From the IMG/VR virus record IMGVR_UViG_3300033075_001674, positions 44,476-108,475 of that record: a stretch of 64,000 nt of DNA; one strand, 5' to 3'. The DNA comes from a virus. Lineage: Duplodnaviria; Caudoviricetes. The stretch's first letter is position 1, and every line of letters begins with the position of its first letter. A program made the translations under genes and the position numbers. Shown piece by piece: positions 20,168 through 29,823 of the stretch. Under the pieces are notes generated by a model. That model was given only the letters and a program-made list of their open reading frames with translations. It was not told where the DNA came from and did no database searches.

Positions 20168-21557
20168 ACGGTTGTTCTCCTCCGGCCTCTTCAGGCCAGT
20201 GCTTGAGTAGACGTTGTACGTCGACGCACTTCCGCTCCAGCAGCGGGTGTGCGTCGCGCAGGATGAATACCCGGGGCCGCTTCCCGGGCAGGAAGCGGCA
20301 GGGCCTGCCGAGGATCTGCTGGAGCGTGTCGGGATCGCTCACGGGCTCCAGCAGCAACACGGTGTCGAGCTCCTCATCGTCGTACCCTTCGCGCCCGTAG
20401 GAGCGATAGGCAAACGTGAGGCGGGAGCGCCGCCTCTGCAACTCCCGGGGCACCTCCGCGGACAAGATGCCGATCTCGGGGGAGGCGTCCAGGGCCCGTC
20501 GAAACATCCAGGGACGGTTGTCGACGGTGACCTCGGCCTCGATCCCGGAGTAGGCCAGCGCGAGATGTGCGAGAGAGGTCAGGCTGGCGGAGAGCACGAG
20601 GATCTTTTTGTTCGGCTGCGAAAGCACCCATCGAAGCAGGCGCACGCACCCCGCCTTCCTCTCCGGGAGAGACCCTACCCTGCCGGCCAGCTCGGCCCAG
20701 GTTTTCTCCGCGTTGTCTCCTGGTTGTGGGCGTTCCCAGATGACGGTCTGCCCGGTCTTCAGGAAGGTTACCCGGGGTCGTAGGGGGGCCTGCAGGTTCC
20801 GGTGCAGGATGGGGCCCAGGTGGTACTTGCGCAGGATGTCCAGTCCATCCCTGCGCTCGGGTGTGGCCGTCAGCGCGATTCGCTTCCCGGAGAAAGCCTC
20901 GGCGCAGGCCGTGTAGGTTGCGGCGTGTACGTGGTGTGCCTCGTCGAACACCACCTGCCCGAAGCGCCCCTCACAGGGGGTGACTCGACCCGCACGGGCC
21001 GCCGATGCCAGGGCAGTGTACGTAGACAGCACGAAGGGCGCAGTCTCCAGGAGGCCGCTCTTCGAGGTCAGCAGCGGGATCTTGCCCGAGAGCCCCAGGA
21101 ATCGTACAGCGGACTCCCACCACTGATGCAGCAGGTCCAGGTTGTCGGCGACCACGATGGCGGGGCGCTGCGAAGCGGCGATGGCGTGCAGAGCCACCAC
21201 CGTTTTCCCGGCCCCGCAGTAGAGTTGCAGAACACCGCCGAGGTTGGCGGCAGCCAGCGCTTGCGCTGCGGGGACCTGGACCGGCTTCTCGGGGTTGCGC
21301 AAGTCGAGCTGGATGTTGCAGCTGAACCGGGCGACCTCACCTGTGAAACGGCGATCGTCGGTGATCTCCAGGTTCAGCTGCTTCGGGAGGAAGAGCATCG
21401 CCCTCGGAACCAGTAGATACCCGTCTGCTTCGTGGAAGAGGGGACCCCCCGCCCCTCCATCTTGCAGCGACGACTTCAGGACGCGAAGCGCTGCAGGATC
21501 GATGGAGGAGAGGGGGAGCCACAGATGGCGGCGGAGGTAAGCGGTCATCCTCGTCAT
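20130..21557 (-). CDS. Superfamily 2 helicase (UvsW/XPB-like)
   Basis: CGAGKT, DEAHH, LTATPER, QILGR..R. Confidence 0.88.
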   Translation of the reverse strand: MTRMTAYLRRHLWLPLSSIDPAALRVLKSSLQDGGAGGPLFHEADGYLLVPRAMLFLPKQLNLEITDDRRFTGEVARFSCNIQLDLRNPEKPVQVPAAQALAAANLGGVLQLYCGAGKTVVALHAIAASQRPAIVVADNLDLLHQWWESAVRFLGLSGKIPLLTSKSGLLETAPFVLSTYTALASAARAGRVTPCEGRFGQVVFDEAHHVHAATYTACAEAFSGKRIALTATPERRDGLDILRKYHLGPILHRNLQAPLRPRVTFLKTGQTVIWERPQPGDNAEKTWAELAGRVGSLPERKAGCVRLLRWVLSQPNKKILVLSASLTSLAHLALAYSGIEAEVTVDNRPWMFRRALDASPEIGILSAEVPRELQRRRSRLTFAYRSYGREGYDDEELDTVLLLEPVSDPDTLQQILGRPCRFLPGKRPRVFILRDAHPLLERKCVDVQRLLKHWPEEAGGEQPFDNRPLNAVPQV

Positions 21558-22095
21558 CGTCGTTCAACCACGGGACGTTCGCCACGAAGGAGGCGCCCTG
21601 CAGCATCGCGCCCACGATGCCTGCTCGAGCGACCTCGGCGGCGAAGCGCCTGGTTTTCGAGTGCCGGCGATGCTCCTGCGCCGGCAAGCGTGAGGCCACC
21701 TGCGGCGCAACTGCGTCGTAGGTCACCGGCGACATAGCCCCGGTGGGCACGACCCCTGCTGCGGCTGCGCCCATCGCTGCGGCCTTGTTCGCCTTGACGG
21801 GGGCAGCGGTCCGGTCAGGGGGAGGGGAGGAATCCCCCGGGAGGCTGTACGGGCTCCCGCTCTGCTGTGTCGGCGCGGGGTTGTTGGTCTTCCGGACGAT
21901 GTAGGCCGCTGGCAGGGTCTTGCTGAAGTTGGACGCCTTGACCCCCAGGCAGGCCGCGCGCATGTCGCAGGGGTTGGTCCGGGTCCCCGACGCGGTGATG
22001 CCGCCTCCGACGCACATCGTCTTCGCGGCAGAGTATGTGCCGAAGCAGGGGTACTTCTGCTCCACGTCGGTGCTGTTGGTGTAGAGCTGGGCCAT
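21538..22095 (-). CDS. Hypothetical protein with Cys-rich N-terminus (185 aa if TTA is stop)
   Basis: RBS AAAGGA; ends NDDDEDDR then TTA; track ORF would overlap the helicase by 221 bp. Confidence 0.6.
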
Positions 22096-22133
22096 TCGTT
22101 CCTTTCGGGAGGGGTTGTTGGTACTCTCTGGGC

Positions 22134-22718
22134 ATGAAGCTCCTCGACGGAACCGTGATCGACGTGCAGGACGACTCTCGCGGAGAGGTGTTGCGGGGCG
22201 TCTTTCCAGAGCAGGCCCTTATTCCCGATTCGATCAAAGTTGCGATGCCCCTGAAGCGCCTTTCGGACATGGAAGACGCTCACTTCGCGCTCGTTTTCGA
22301 CAACGAAGGGCAGCATCACCGCAAGTTCGCCTGCATCGACGAGGGCCACACGGTCCTGAGCGCCATCTACTTCATGAAGACGGCGCACCGTCTTCCACGC
22401 GAGGCCCAGAAGATGGCCGCGCAAGGGATCGTGGAGTCCTGCGAGCGGTATGACCTGCCCTACCCCGCCGTCATGGTGAAGATCGCGAACGACGAGGCTT
22501 ACCTGGCGGGGGACGTCCGGGGGGTAGCGGTCCTGCCCACGGAGAAGGCCGCCGGGCTCCTGGGCACCCTGGCCAGCGTGGGGCAGAAGGGGCTGGACTG
22601 GGCGGTCAGCAACCCCGGCAAGGCGCTCGGAACCGCGATGACGGGGCTGTCGGTGGTCAACACCGGCTCCGAGATCAAGAACAACCTCAAGAACCTCTCT
22701 TCCACGGTGGGCGGCTTA
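22134..22718 (+). CDS. Head-associated hypothetical protein (194 aa if TTA is stop)
   Basis: TACTCT-N6-ATG; HFAL..RKFA..YF domain; TTA ends 1 nt before next ATG. Confidence 0.6.
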
Positions 22719-22719
22719 G

Positions 22720-24924
22720 ATGAAACTCAGGGACTTGGCAGAGAAGAGTGCTGCCCGGAGGATCGACAAGATCGTCCTCCAAGGACGACGGGCTGCACCC
22801 GCTGTGATGGAGGAGCTGGCTAACCGAGCCCGAGGTATCTTGCCCAAGGGGGTGAGAGCTCAGCTGCGGCATCGGCCGGGGCGTCTGCCCGAGCAGGAGG
22901 GGGTCTCCGATCTGAAAAGGCTCCTGGATAGGAAAGTTCAGGTAGGCCCTCTGCGGGATCAGCTGGACTTCGAGATCTCCAGGAGGCACGAGCTCAACGG
23001 GGACCCCTTCACTGACATCAGTAAGTTGGGTCCCGCCACGACCGGAGAGGAGCTGAAAGATCTCTTCGATCGCACTGGGAGCGTTCAAGCGGTCAGAGCT
23101 GCAATCACTCACCCTAACGCCCCTCCCGAGCTCCACGCCTGGGGACAGAACGTCTACCCGGAGTTCAGCAACGTCCCTGCCCATGCTTCAGGGGGGTTGC
23201 CTGGTGCCGTGGAGCCGTACGTCGAGATGTCCAAGCTCATGAACCCGCTTGCTTTCGAGCCCGGCGCGAACCGTCCTGCACGTGGGCCCGCCGCGCCGAA
23301 TCCTGTTCAGCACACCAAAAACTGGGCGGGGGTAGGCGAGATCTCCCTCGAAAACGCCTCCCCCAACCTACAAGCTCGTATTTTGGAGAAGGGTCTGCCT
23401 GCGCGAGGGACGCAGGCGGCGGAGGATCTGGAGTTCGACCTGAAGTACCTGGCGAATGGGGGGCACACGGAAAAGGACGTACGCAGGCACCTGCTCCCAA
23501 AAAGCAAGCAGGAGATCATGCGAGACAGGGCCATCGCCCGCAATGCCCTCCCTGAGTTTGCGGACGCCATGCACCCGCGTTCGGTGGCCGAAGCTCAAGC
23601 GGCACACCGAGCTGCGCTTGACGCAGAGTCGCGCGCCTTCCGTGCCGAGCTCCGCGAGGAGACTCCGCACTACAGCCAGTTCAAGGCAGACACCCTCGCG
23701 CAGAAGTTCAAACAGCACGAGAAGCAGCACGGCACAGTCTCCGCTCGCGACGCGTTCAAAGCACAGCTCGCTGAGCTGGAGGAAGAAGCGCGGACGGACC
23801 TCCTAGACGCTTCTCTGCTGGAGCGCATGCGCGCTAGCTCGCACCCCGAAGACATCCCCCCACCTGCCCCTGCTGCAGCTACCCCTCCGATCTCACCTGC
23901 GGAGTTCGCGCCTACACCCTCCCCTCCTCCCGCACCGGTCCTTGCCGGAGCCCCCACGATTCAACCCTCGCATGCCACCTCCTCCGCTGTATCCCCGGAG
24001 GGCCCGGGTATCGGCGCAGGCACGCTCGCTGCGGGTCTGGGCGGTGTGGCCCTTCTCGGTGGAGCTGGCGCGTACGCTGCTTCGCGCAAGAAGAAGGAGG
24101 ACGAGAAGACCGCGGACCTGGGCGGCTCCCGCCCGATGGCGTACGGGGCGCTGCCCCAGCCGAAGAAGCCCCTCAGCCCACCCACTACCCCGGTGACGAA
24201 GCAAGCCATGACCCTCGACCTGACGAACAAGGAGGCTCCCTCCCTCCCGGGAGTGAAGCTCGCCGACACCCACTTCGCCCTCGGTACCCACTACCCCATC
24301 ACCGCCCCCACGCAGGTGAAGATGGCGTGCGCGTACTTCGAGGAGCACGTCAACGCCTTCCCTCCGGAGCACCGCAGGGAGTTCGCCTACAACCTCTGCA
24401 AGCGCGCCTCCGAGCTCGGATTCCCTGAGTGGCTGGGGGAGAGCGCTCGCATCTACGGGGGAGAGCCCACCGAGGACCTGGACACCATCAAGCGCGCCTT
24501 CCACTCCCGACAGGAGTACCTGCCCTGGGACGACGACGAGAAGCGGGAGAGGGGGCTCGCTCTCCTCGACAAGCTGGAGCCCAAGCTCGCCTACATCACC
24601 CCCAGCCAGCGAGTCGACGCGCTGACCACGTTCGACCGCGCCTTCGGGCTAGACCGGCTCTACAGCCAGGGGCACCTGGAGGACCCCCACCGGGCCTTGA
24701 CGCAGAAGTGGGCGGAGGCACCCACCTTCTCCGAGGTTGTCGACGGCCTGACCGTCCTGGAAGATGACCTGGTGCACCTCGCTACGAAGCGTCCGACCCT
24801 GAAGGAGCACTTCAGTGACGAGATCGTCGAGAAGATGCAGGTCAACCCCGTGGCCACCTTCAAGAGCCTCCCTGCCCCTTTGAAGGTCCTGATGGCGCGC
24901 TGCGCGAAGTCCATGACGGACTGA
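22720..24924 (+). CDS. Head-associated hypothetical protein (734 aa) with KxA motifs
   Basis: MKLRDLAEKSAA leader; Gly/Ala hydrophobic segment; C-terminal HFAL..YP..YF domain. Confidence 0.6.
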   Translation: MKLRDLAEKSAARRIDKIVLQGRRAAPAVMEELANRARGILPKGVRAQLRHRPGRLPEQEGVSDLKRLLDRKVQVGPLRDQLDFEISRRHELNGDPFTDISKLGPATTGEELKDLFDRTGSVQAVRAAITHPNAPPELHAWGQNVYPEFSNVPAHASGGLPGAVEPYVEMSKLMNPLAFEPGANRPARGPAAPNPVQHTKNWAGVGEISLENASPNLQARILEKGLPARGTQAAEDLEFDLKYLANGGHTEKDVRRHLLPKSKQEIMRDRAIARNALPEFADAMHPRSVAEAQAAHRAALDAESRAFRAELREETPHYSQFKADTLAQKFKQHEKQHGTVSARDAFKAQLAELEEEARTDLLDASLLERMRASSHPEDIPPPAPAAATPPISPAEFAPTPSPPPAPVLAGAPTIQPSHATSSAVSPEGPGIGAGTLAAGLGGVALLGGAGAYAASRKKKEDEKTADLGGSRPMAYGALPQPKKPLSPPTTPVTKQAMTLDLTNKEAPSLPGVKLADTHFALGTHYPITAPTQVKMACAYFEEHVNAFPPEHRREFAYNLCKRASELGFPEWLGESARIYGGEPTEDLDTIKRAFHSRQEYLPWDDDEKRERGLALLDKLEPKLAYITPSQRVDALTTFDRAFGLDRLYSQGHLEDPHRALTQKWAEAPTFSEVVDGLTVLEDDLVHLATKRPTLKEHFSDEIVEKMQVNPVATFKSLPAPLKVLMARCAKSMTD

Positions 24925-24957
24925 CGTTCCCAGGGTCAGGGGTGGTAGGCTCAGCGC

Positions 24958-25755
24958 ATGCACCCCCTACCCTCCTTCGAGCAGGAGCTGAAAGACGTGG
25001 AGGAGTTCCTGGCGCTCCACGCCCCCAGCGACTCCGAGCTCCAGTCGATGGACGAGTCCACGGTGGTCGAGGTGGAGATCGACCCAGCCAACGTGGAGGA
25101 GCGGCAGCACCTGGTCAACCCGGTGCACGAGCCGAAGCTGACGAGGGAGACCCTGATCCAGCGCAGCGACGCCCACCCGCTGGTGCTGTCGCTGATGCTC
25201 TTCGATCGCTTCGAGGAGTCCTGGCTAACCTGGGACACCGAGGCGCTGATCGACGAGGTGAGCAGCCTCTACGGCACCCCCCACCCGGTGAACCTGGGGA
25301 AGCTCAGCGCCGCCCAGGCGGCCTACACCAAGACCGCTGCCTGGGAGGAGTGGCACTACTTCCTCCTCACCCTCCAGGCGTTCAACGACGAGATGGTTGA
25401 CCCCGACCACTACCGCCCGCCCACGGTGGAGGAGGTGGGGGTGGCGGTCGACATGCTCCGGCTGATCGACGACAAGTCCACCTACTCCCTGGAGGTGCAG
25501 ACCTTCAACGTGAGCGTGCTGCGCTGGCACCAGTGGCTCTACCCGCCGGACAACCTGGAGAAGGCGGTCCCCCCGGGGACGGACCTGCACCCCTGCGATA
25601 GCAGGCGGGTGGAGCTGATGCGGAAGCACCCTGACATGATCGACGAATCCCTTGAGGGGTTCTTCGCGTCGCGCCTCCACGAGTACGACCTTCACATGCA
25701 AATGATGCGCAAACGTCTACAGCAGCAGCTGGCTGTCGTACGGAGGGCAGGATGA
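24958..25755 (+). CDS. Hypothetical protein (265 aa)
   Basis: TAGGCT-N6-ATG; strong GC3 bias; ATGA coupling. Confidence 0.7.
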   Translation: MHPLPSFEQELKDVEEFLALHAPSDSELQSMDESTVVEVEIDPANVEERQHLVNPVHEPKLTRETLIQRSDAHPLVLSLMLFDRFEESWLTWDTEALIDEVSSLYGTPHPVNLGKLSAAQAAYTKTAAWEEWHYFLLTLQAFNDEMVDPDHYRPPTVEEVGVAVDMLRLIDDKSTYSLEVQTFNVSVLRWHQWLYPPDNLEKAVPPGTDLHPCDSRRVELMRKHPDMIDESLEGFFASRLHEYDLHMQMMRKRLQQQLAVVRRAG

Positions 25756-26720
25756 GCCTGATCGAAGCGAGATTCACTCCTGAGCAGCAGGAGAAGGTGG
25801 CGAGACTGCGAGAGGACCTTCGCAGCTGGGAGACCAAGGAGGCGGCCCCATTCACCGCTTCCCGGGTCTTGACCCCGGCGCTTGCGGGCGCAGGCCTTGG
25901 GGCGTTCCACGAGTTCGCCAACAAGACCCTTGATGCCCGCGACCAGGGGGAGACCTGGGGGGACTCGCTGCGAAGCGGGGCCCGAGGCGCTCTACGCGGA
26001 GCTGGGGTAGGGGCTGCGGCTGGAGCTGCAGCAGGAGCTATCTCCCCGAACCTTGGGGAGAGGACGACCAACTTCGCCAAGGGCGTTCTCCACAACGTGA
26101 CCGGGTGGAAGCCCAAGGGGGGCCTGGCGGCCCTCGGCACCGGGTCCTCCGTCGAGAAGAAGCGGCTGCAAAGCATGATCGCTGGCGGCGCTGACCCGGA
26201 GCACATCCTCAACCAGCAGAAGCAGCTCGCCGCTCTTCAGGCGGTCGAGGACAAGGGACTCACGAGCCTGCCCGGCATGGCGAAGGGCCTGCTCGACCCC
26301 CGCCGAACCTTCGACACCCTGCGCACCAGCAAGAACTACATCACCCACGGGCTGGACGGCATGGGCAAGGCGTTCCTTGGCGGAGGTGTGGCTCTCTCCG
26401 TGCTGCCGGCCCTCACCGAGCCCGACAAGACGCCCGAAGAGAGGGTGCGCATGGCGGCGAGACCGCTGGCCGGGATGCTCCTCACCTCCCCCCTGCAGGC
26501 CGCCACCAGCCAGGCTTCCGGCAACCCGGGCCTCGGCTCGATGGTGGAGGGCATGCTCCACAACCAGTTCTCCAGTGCGCCAGGAAGGATCCTGTCCCGC
26601 CCGGTCGACCAGCTCATCGCGCCGAAGGAGCGGTGGCAGGAACCCCCTGGGATGCCACAGCGGATGTCGCGGTACTCCGCTTACGATGTCTCCCCGCACC
26701 ACACCTCGGACAACACATGA
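25752..26720 (+). CDS. Gly/Ala-rich putative virion-internal (ejection-type) protein
   Basis: Glycine-zipper hydrophobic stretches; coupled to portal. Confidence 0.5.
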   Translation: MSLIEARFTPEQQEKVARLREDLRSWETKEAAPFTASRVLTPALAGAGLGAFHEFANKTLDARDQGETWGDSLRSGARGALRGAGVGAAAGAAAGAISPNLGERTTNFAKGVLHNVTGWKPKGGLAALGTGSSVEKKRLQSMIAGGADPEHILNQQKQLAALQAVEDKGLTSLPGMAKGLLDPRRTFDTLRTSKNYITHGLDGMGKAFLGGGVALSVLPALTEPDKTPEERVRMAARPLAGMLLTSPLQAATSQASGNPGLGSMVEGMLHNQFSSAPGRILSRPVDQLIAPKERWQEPPGMPQRMSRYSAYDVSPHHTSDNT

Positions 26721-28642
26721 GCGAGCTATACTCGTCCTCCTACAGCAGGAGCCGCGGACGCATCCAGGGCGGTGCGTCGAACGCCATCTCCTACCCGCAC
26801 CCGTGGTTCGACGTCGCCACGACGTACATGCCGGCGAGCATTCAGTCGCTCTTCCGGCAGCTGCGGGAGTTCTTCCTGCTCAACGGGTTCTTCCACACCG
26901 TCGTAACGAAGCTGGCTCAGTATCCGCTGACCGACCTGATCTTCGACGACAAGGACAGGGACACCGCCCACAAGTGGGACGCCTTCTTCAAGGACACGCT
27001 GCGGTTCCGCTCGTTCCAGCTGGAGGTCGGGCTCGACTACTACGTCTACGGGAACGCGCTCGTCACACTCCGCTACCCGCTGGTGAAGTGGCTCCGCTGC
27101 ACGGAGTGCAAGTCCGAGAGGGCCGCCCACACCTGCAGGAGCCACTGGGTCTACCGGGGCTACGAGTTCCACTACACCTGTGACAAGTGCGCGCACGACG
27201 ATCCAGCGGAGGTACGCGACGAGTCGGTGCGCATCCCTGAGCAGGTGCGCCTCCTTCGGCTGGACCCCGAGCTCGTGCAGATCCGGTACAACCCTCTGAC
27301 GCGAGAGCGTACCTACTACATGAGCATCCACGGGCAGCTTCGGTCTGACGTGATGATGGGGCGCAAGGATGTCGTGGAGAACCTCCCACAGGTCTACCTC
27401 GACGCCTGCAAGCGAAACGAGATGGTGGTGATCCCCGCCGCCGAGGTGTTCCACATGGCCCGCCCCACGGTAAGCGGGTTCGACCCGGGGTGGGGGTGCC
27501 CCCTGCTGCTGCCGGTCCTCAAGGAGGCATTTCAGCTGCAGGTGATGCGCAAGGCGCAGGAGACTGTGCTCCTGGAGCACCTGGTGCCGCTTCGCGTGCT
27601 CTACCCGCAGCCTGCCAGCAGCACGAGCGACCCCTTCGCCACGGTCCCCCTCCCCCTCTGGAAGGAGCACATGGCGAAGGAGATCGCTCGGTGGAGGTGG
27701 GACCCAGCCTACATCCCGATCCTCCCGCTCCCTGTGGGCCAGCAGGCCGTAGGGGGCGACGGCAAGGCCCTCATGGTTCAGCCAGAGATGCAGGCCCTGA
27801 TCGAGCACATCGTGGTCTGCCTCGGGGTCCCGAAGGAGTTCATCTTCGGGGGGGCCAGCTGGAGCGGGAGCAACGTCTCTCTCCGCACCGTCGAGAACAT
27901 GTTCCTCGACTACATCGAGATGCAGCTCGACCTGGTGAAGTTCATCCAACGCAAGGTGCAGCCCATCGCCGAGTGGCCCCAGAGCCCCGCCAAGTTCAAG
28001 CCCTTCCGTATGGCGGACGACATCCTGCGCAAGCAGTGGCTCACCGGCCTTGTTCAGGCGGGTTATCTGTCCCAGACCTCCTTGCTTGAGGAAGCGGACT
28101 TCGACGCCCACCGGGAGGCTCAACGCCGCAAGGACGAGACCAAGCAGCAGATGGAGGCCACGAAGACTCAGCAACTGGCTCAAGCAAAGATGCAGCAGGA
28201 AGTCCAGCGCATCAACACCGAGACCCAGATCGAGCAGATGCAGGCTCAGCAGCGCGCCCAGAACCAGCTGCAGCAAGAGCAGATGGCTCAACAGCAACAG
28301 CAGCAGGAACAGGCATCCCAGCAGCAGAACGAGATGGCTCAGCAGCAACAAGCCGCTGCTGAGAAGAGCATGGCCCCGACCTTCGAGCAGATCGTCGGGT
28401 CCAAGCTCAACGGGGGTCAGCTGCCTGGCGCAGACATCGCCACGATGGCGAGCCTTCTGGCCGAGCAGATTGCTGCCTTGCCCCAGCACATGCAGCCATC
28501 TGCCCTGGCGAACCTGGGCCAGACCGGTGGCCCGGAGCTGCAGCAAGAGGTGCAGAGGCGCGTGGGTGGAGCAGTGGCCAACGGAATCAACGTCGGCAAA
28601 CCCGACCCAGAGCAGCGTCCTCCTCGTAGACCCCAGAGCTAA
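26717..28642 (+). CDS. Portal protein with zinc-ribbon insertion and Gln-rich C-terminus
   Basis: DYYVYGNALV; VFHMAR...GWG.P; CLGVPKEFIFGG are portal-type motifs. Confidence 0.75.
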   Translation: MSELYSSSYSRSRGRIQGGASNAISYPHPWFDVATTYMPASIQSLFRQLREFFLLNGFFHTVVTKLAQYPLTDLIFDDKDRDTAHKWDAFFKDTLRFRSFQLEVGLDYYVYGNALVTLRYPLVKWLRCTECKSERAAHTCRSHWVYRGYEFHYTCDKCAHDDPAEVRDESVRIPEQVRLLRLDPELVQIRYNPLTRERTYYMSIHGQLRSDVMMGRKDVVENLPQVYLDACKRNEMVVIPAAEVFHMARPTVSGFDPGWGCPLLLPVLKEAFQLQVMRKAQETVLLEHLVPLRVLYPQPASSTSDPFATVPLPLWKEHMAKEIARWRWDPAYIPILPLPVGQQAVGGDGKALMVQPEMQALIEHIVVCLGVPKEFIFGGASWSGSNVSLRTVENMFLDYIEMQLDLVKFIQRKVQPIAEWPQSPAKFKPFRMADDILRKQWLTGLVQAGYLSQTSLLEEADFDAHREAQRRKDETKQQMEATKTQQLAQAKMQQEVQRINTETQIEQMQAQQRAQNQLQQEQMAQQQQQQEQASQQQNEMAQQQQAAAEKSMAPTFEQIVGSKLNGGQLPGADIATMASLLAEQIAALPQHMQPSALANLGQTGGPELQQEVQRRVGGAVANGINVGKPDPEQRPPRRPQS

Positions 28643-28670
28643 AGAAACGCCCCCCGAGGGGGGAGGGCGC
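28638..28670 (-). terminator. Terminator between convergent portal and VWA genes
   Basis: C-run/G-run hairpin followed on the minus strand by TTTCTTTAGC. Confidence 0.55.
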
Positions 28671-28671
28671 T

Positions 28672-29823
28672 TCACCCCTTGATCCGGACCACCGTGCCGG
28701 GTCCCGGTGGGTCGGCATCGGTGAACAGCCCCCACACGATGGGGAAGGGGGTGTACTCCACCTTGTCCCCGTACCCGTCGGTCAGGTAGAGGAGCAACCC
28801 GATCTCCTCGCCCCGAGCGATCAGCTGCTGGATGGGCCAGCTGAAGCAGGTACCCCCGCGCCCCCTCCACGAGAACCCTGCGTTCCGTAGAGCTTCGGGG
28901 GTGACCTCCTCGCTGCTGACCAGAGCGACATCTGCCTGATGGAGGGAGCAGATGTCGAGACCCACGTCATCCATCGCAGCCGCAGCTTCCCTGCAGCACG
29001 CCTTCAGAAGGTTGCTGTGCATCGACCCGGAGGTGTCGACGAGGATGGTGAAGACCGACCGCTCCGCGATCCCTGCGGGCAGAATCACCTCGTCGTCGAT
29101 GAAGCTGCGGCGATGCGGCCTGCTGTAGGTGAACCCGTCGTGCCCGCGCAACCTGCTCAGCTCCCCCCGGAGGGAGTGCTTCAACAGCTCCTGCCAGGAG
29201 AGGGTGGATGTCTCTCCGCACAGGTCAGCCAGGTGCTCCATGTGTCCGCCGTAGAGCCCGCGGTCTCTCGTGGGGATCGCCTTAGCAACCCTCCCGAGCG
29301 CGGACTTCACGACAGAGCGCCCCTTCCCCTCCTTCGAGTAGCGGGACTCAAGCTCCGGGGCAGCGGTGCACTCCCCGCCCCCGCACCCACTGCAGGGGGC
29401 GGCACTACCCCCTTGCTGGAGCAGGAGCTTGTAGTATTCCAGCGTCCCCAGGTGCGGAGGGAGCCCCAGGGTCTCCGGGAGGATCACCCCCTCCACCAAC
29501 GCCTTGCCCAGCGAGCGCCCCACCGAGTTGATGTACGCGTCTGCAGCGAGGTTGAGGATGTGGTGGTTGACCCCCTCCCCCAGCACCGCCCTGGCGGCAA
29601 AAGTGGTGCTGACGTGCATCACCTCGTGCCAGAGCAAGAACGACCTCTCCGGCAGGGGGCGCTGAGAGAAGAACGTGGGGTTGATGAAGAGGAGCATGCT
29701 CTCGCTCACAGCGAGCGTCGCCACCTCTTCCGTGAAGATGGGCACGAGCTCGTAGACGATGTGCGAGAAGTAAGGCTCGGCATTCAGCAGATGGCGCCGA
29801 GCATCGGCCAACCCCGTGGTCAC
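28672..29823 (-). CDS. DUF2201-type metallopeptidase-VWA protein
   Basis: HEVMH (HExxH); VDTSGSM, GRGGT, LTDG (MIDAS); GTGA coupling. Confidence 0.85.
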   Translation of the reverse strand: MTTGLADARRHLLNAEPYFSHIVYELVPIFTEEVATLAVSESMLLFINPTFFSQRPLPERSFLLWHEVMHVSTTFAARAVLGEGVNHHILNLAADAYINSVGRSLGKALVEGVILPETLGLPPHLGTLEYYKLLLQQGGSAAPCSGCGGGECTAAPELESRYSKEGKGRSVVKSALGRVAKAIPTRDRGLYGGHMEHLADLCGETSTLSWQELLKHSLRGELSRLRGHDGFTYSRPHRRSFIDDEVILPAGIAERSVFTILVDTSGSMHSNLLKACCREAAAAMDDVGLDICSLHQADVALVSSEEVTPEALRNAGFSWRGRGGTCFSWPIQQLIARGEEIGLLLYLTDGYGDKVEYTPFPIVWGLFTDADPPGPGTVVRIKG

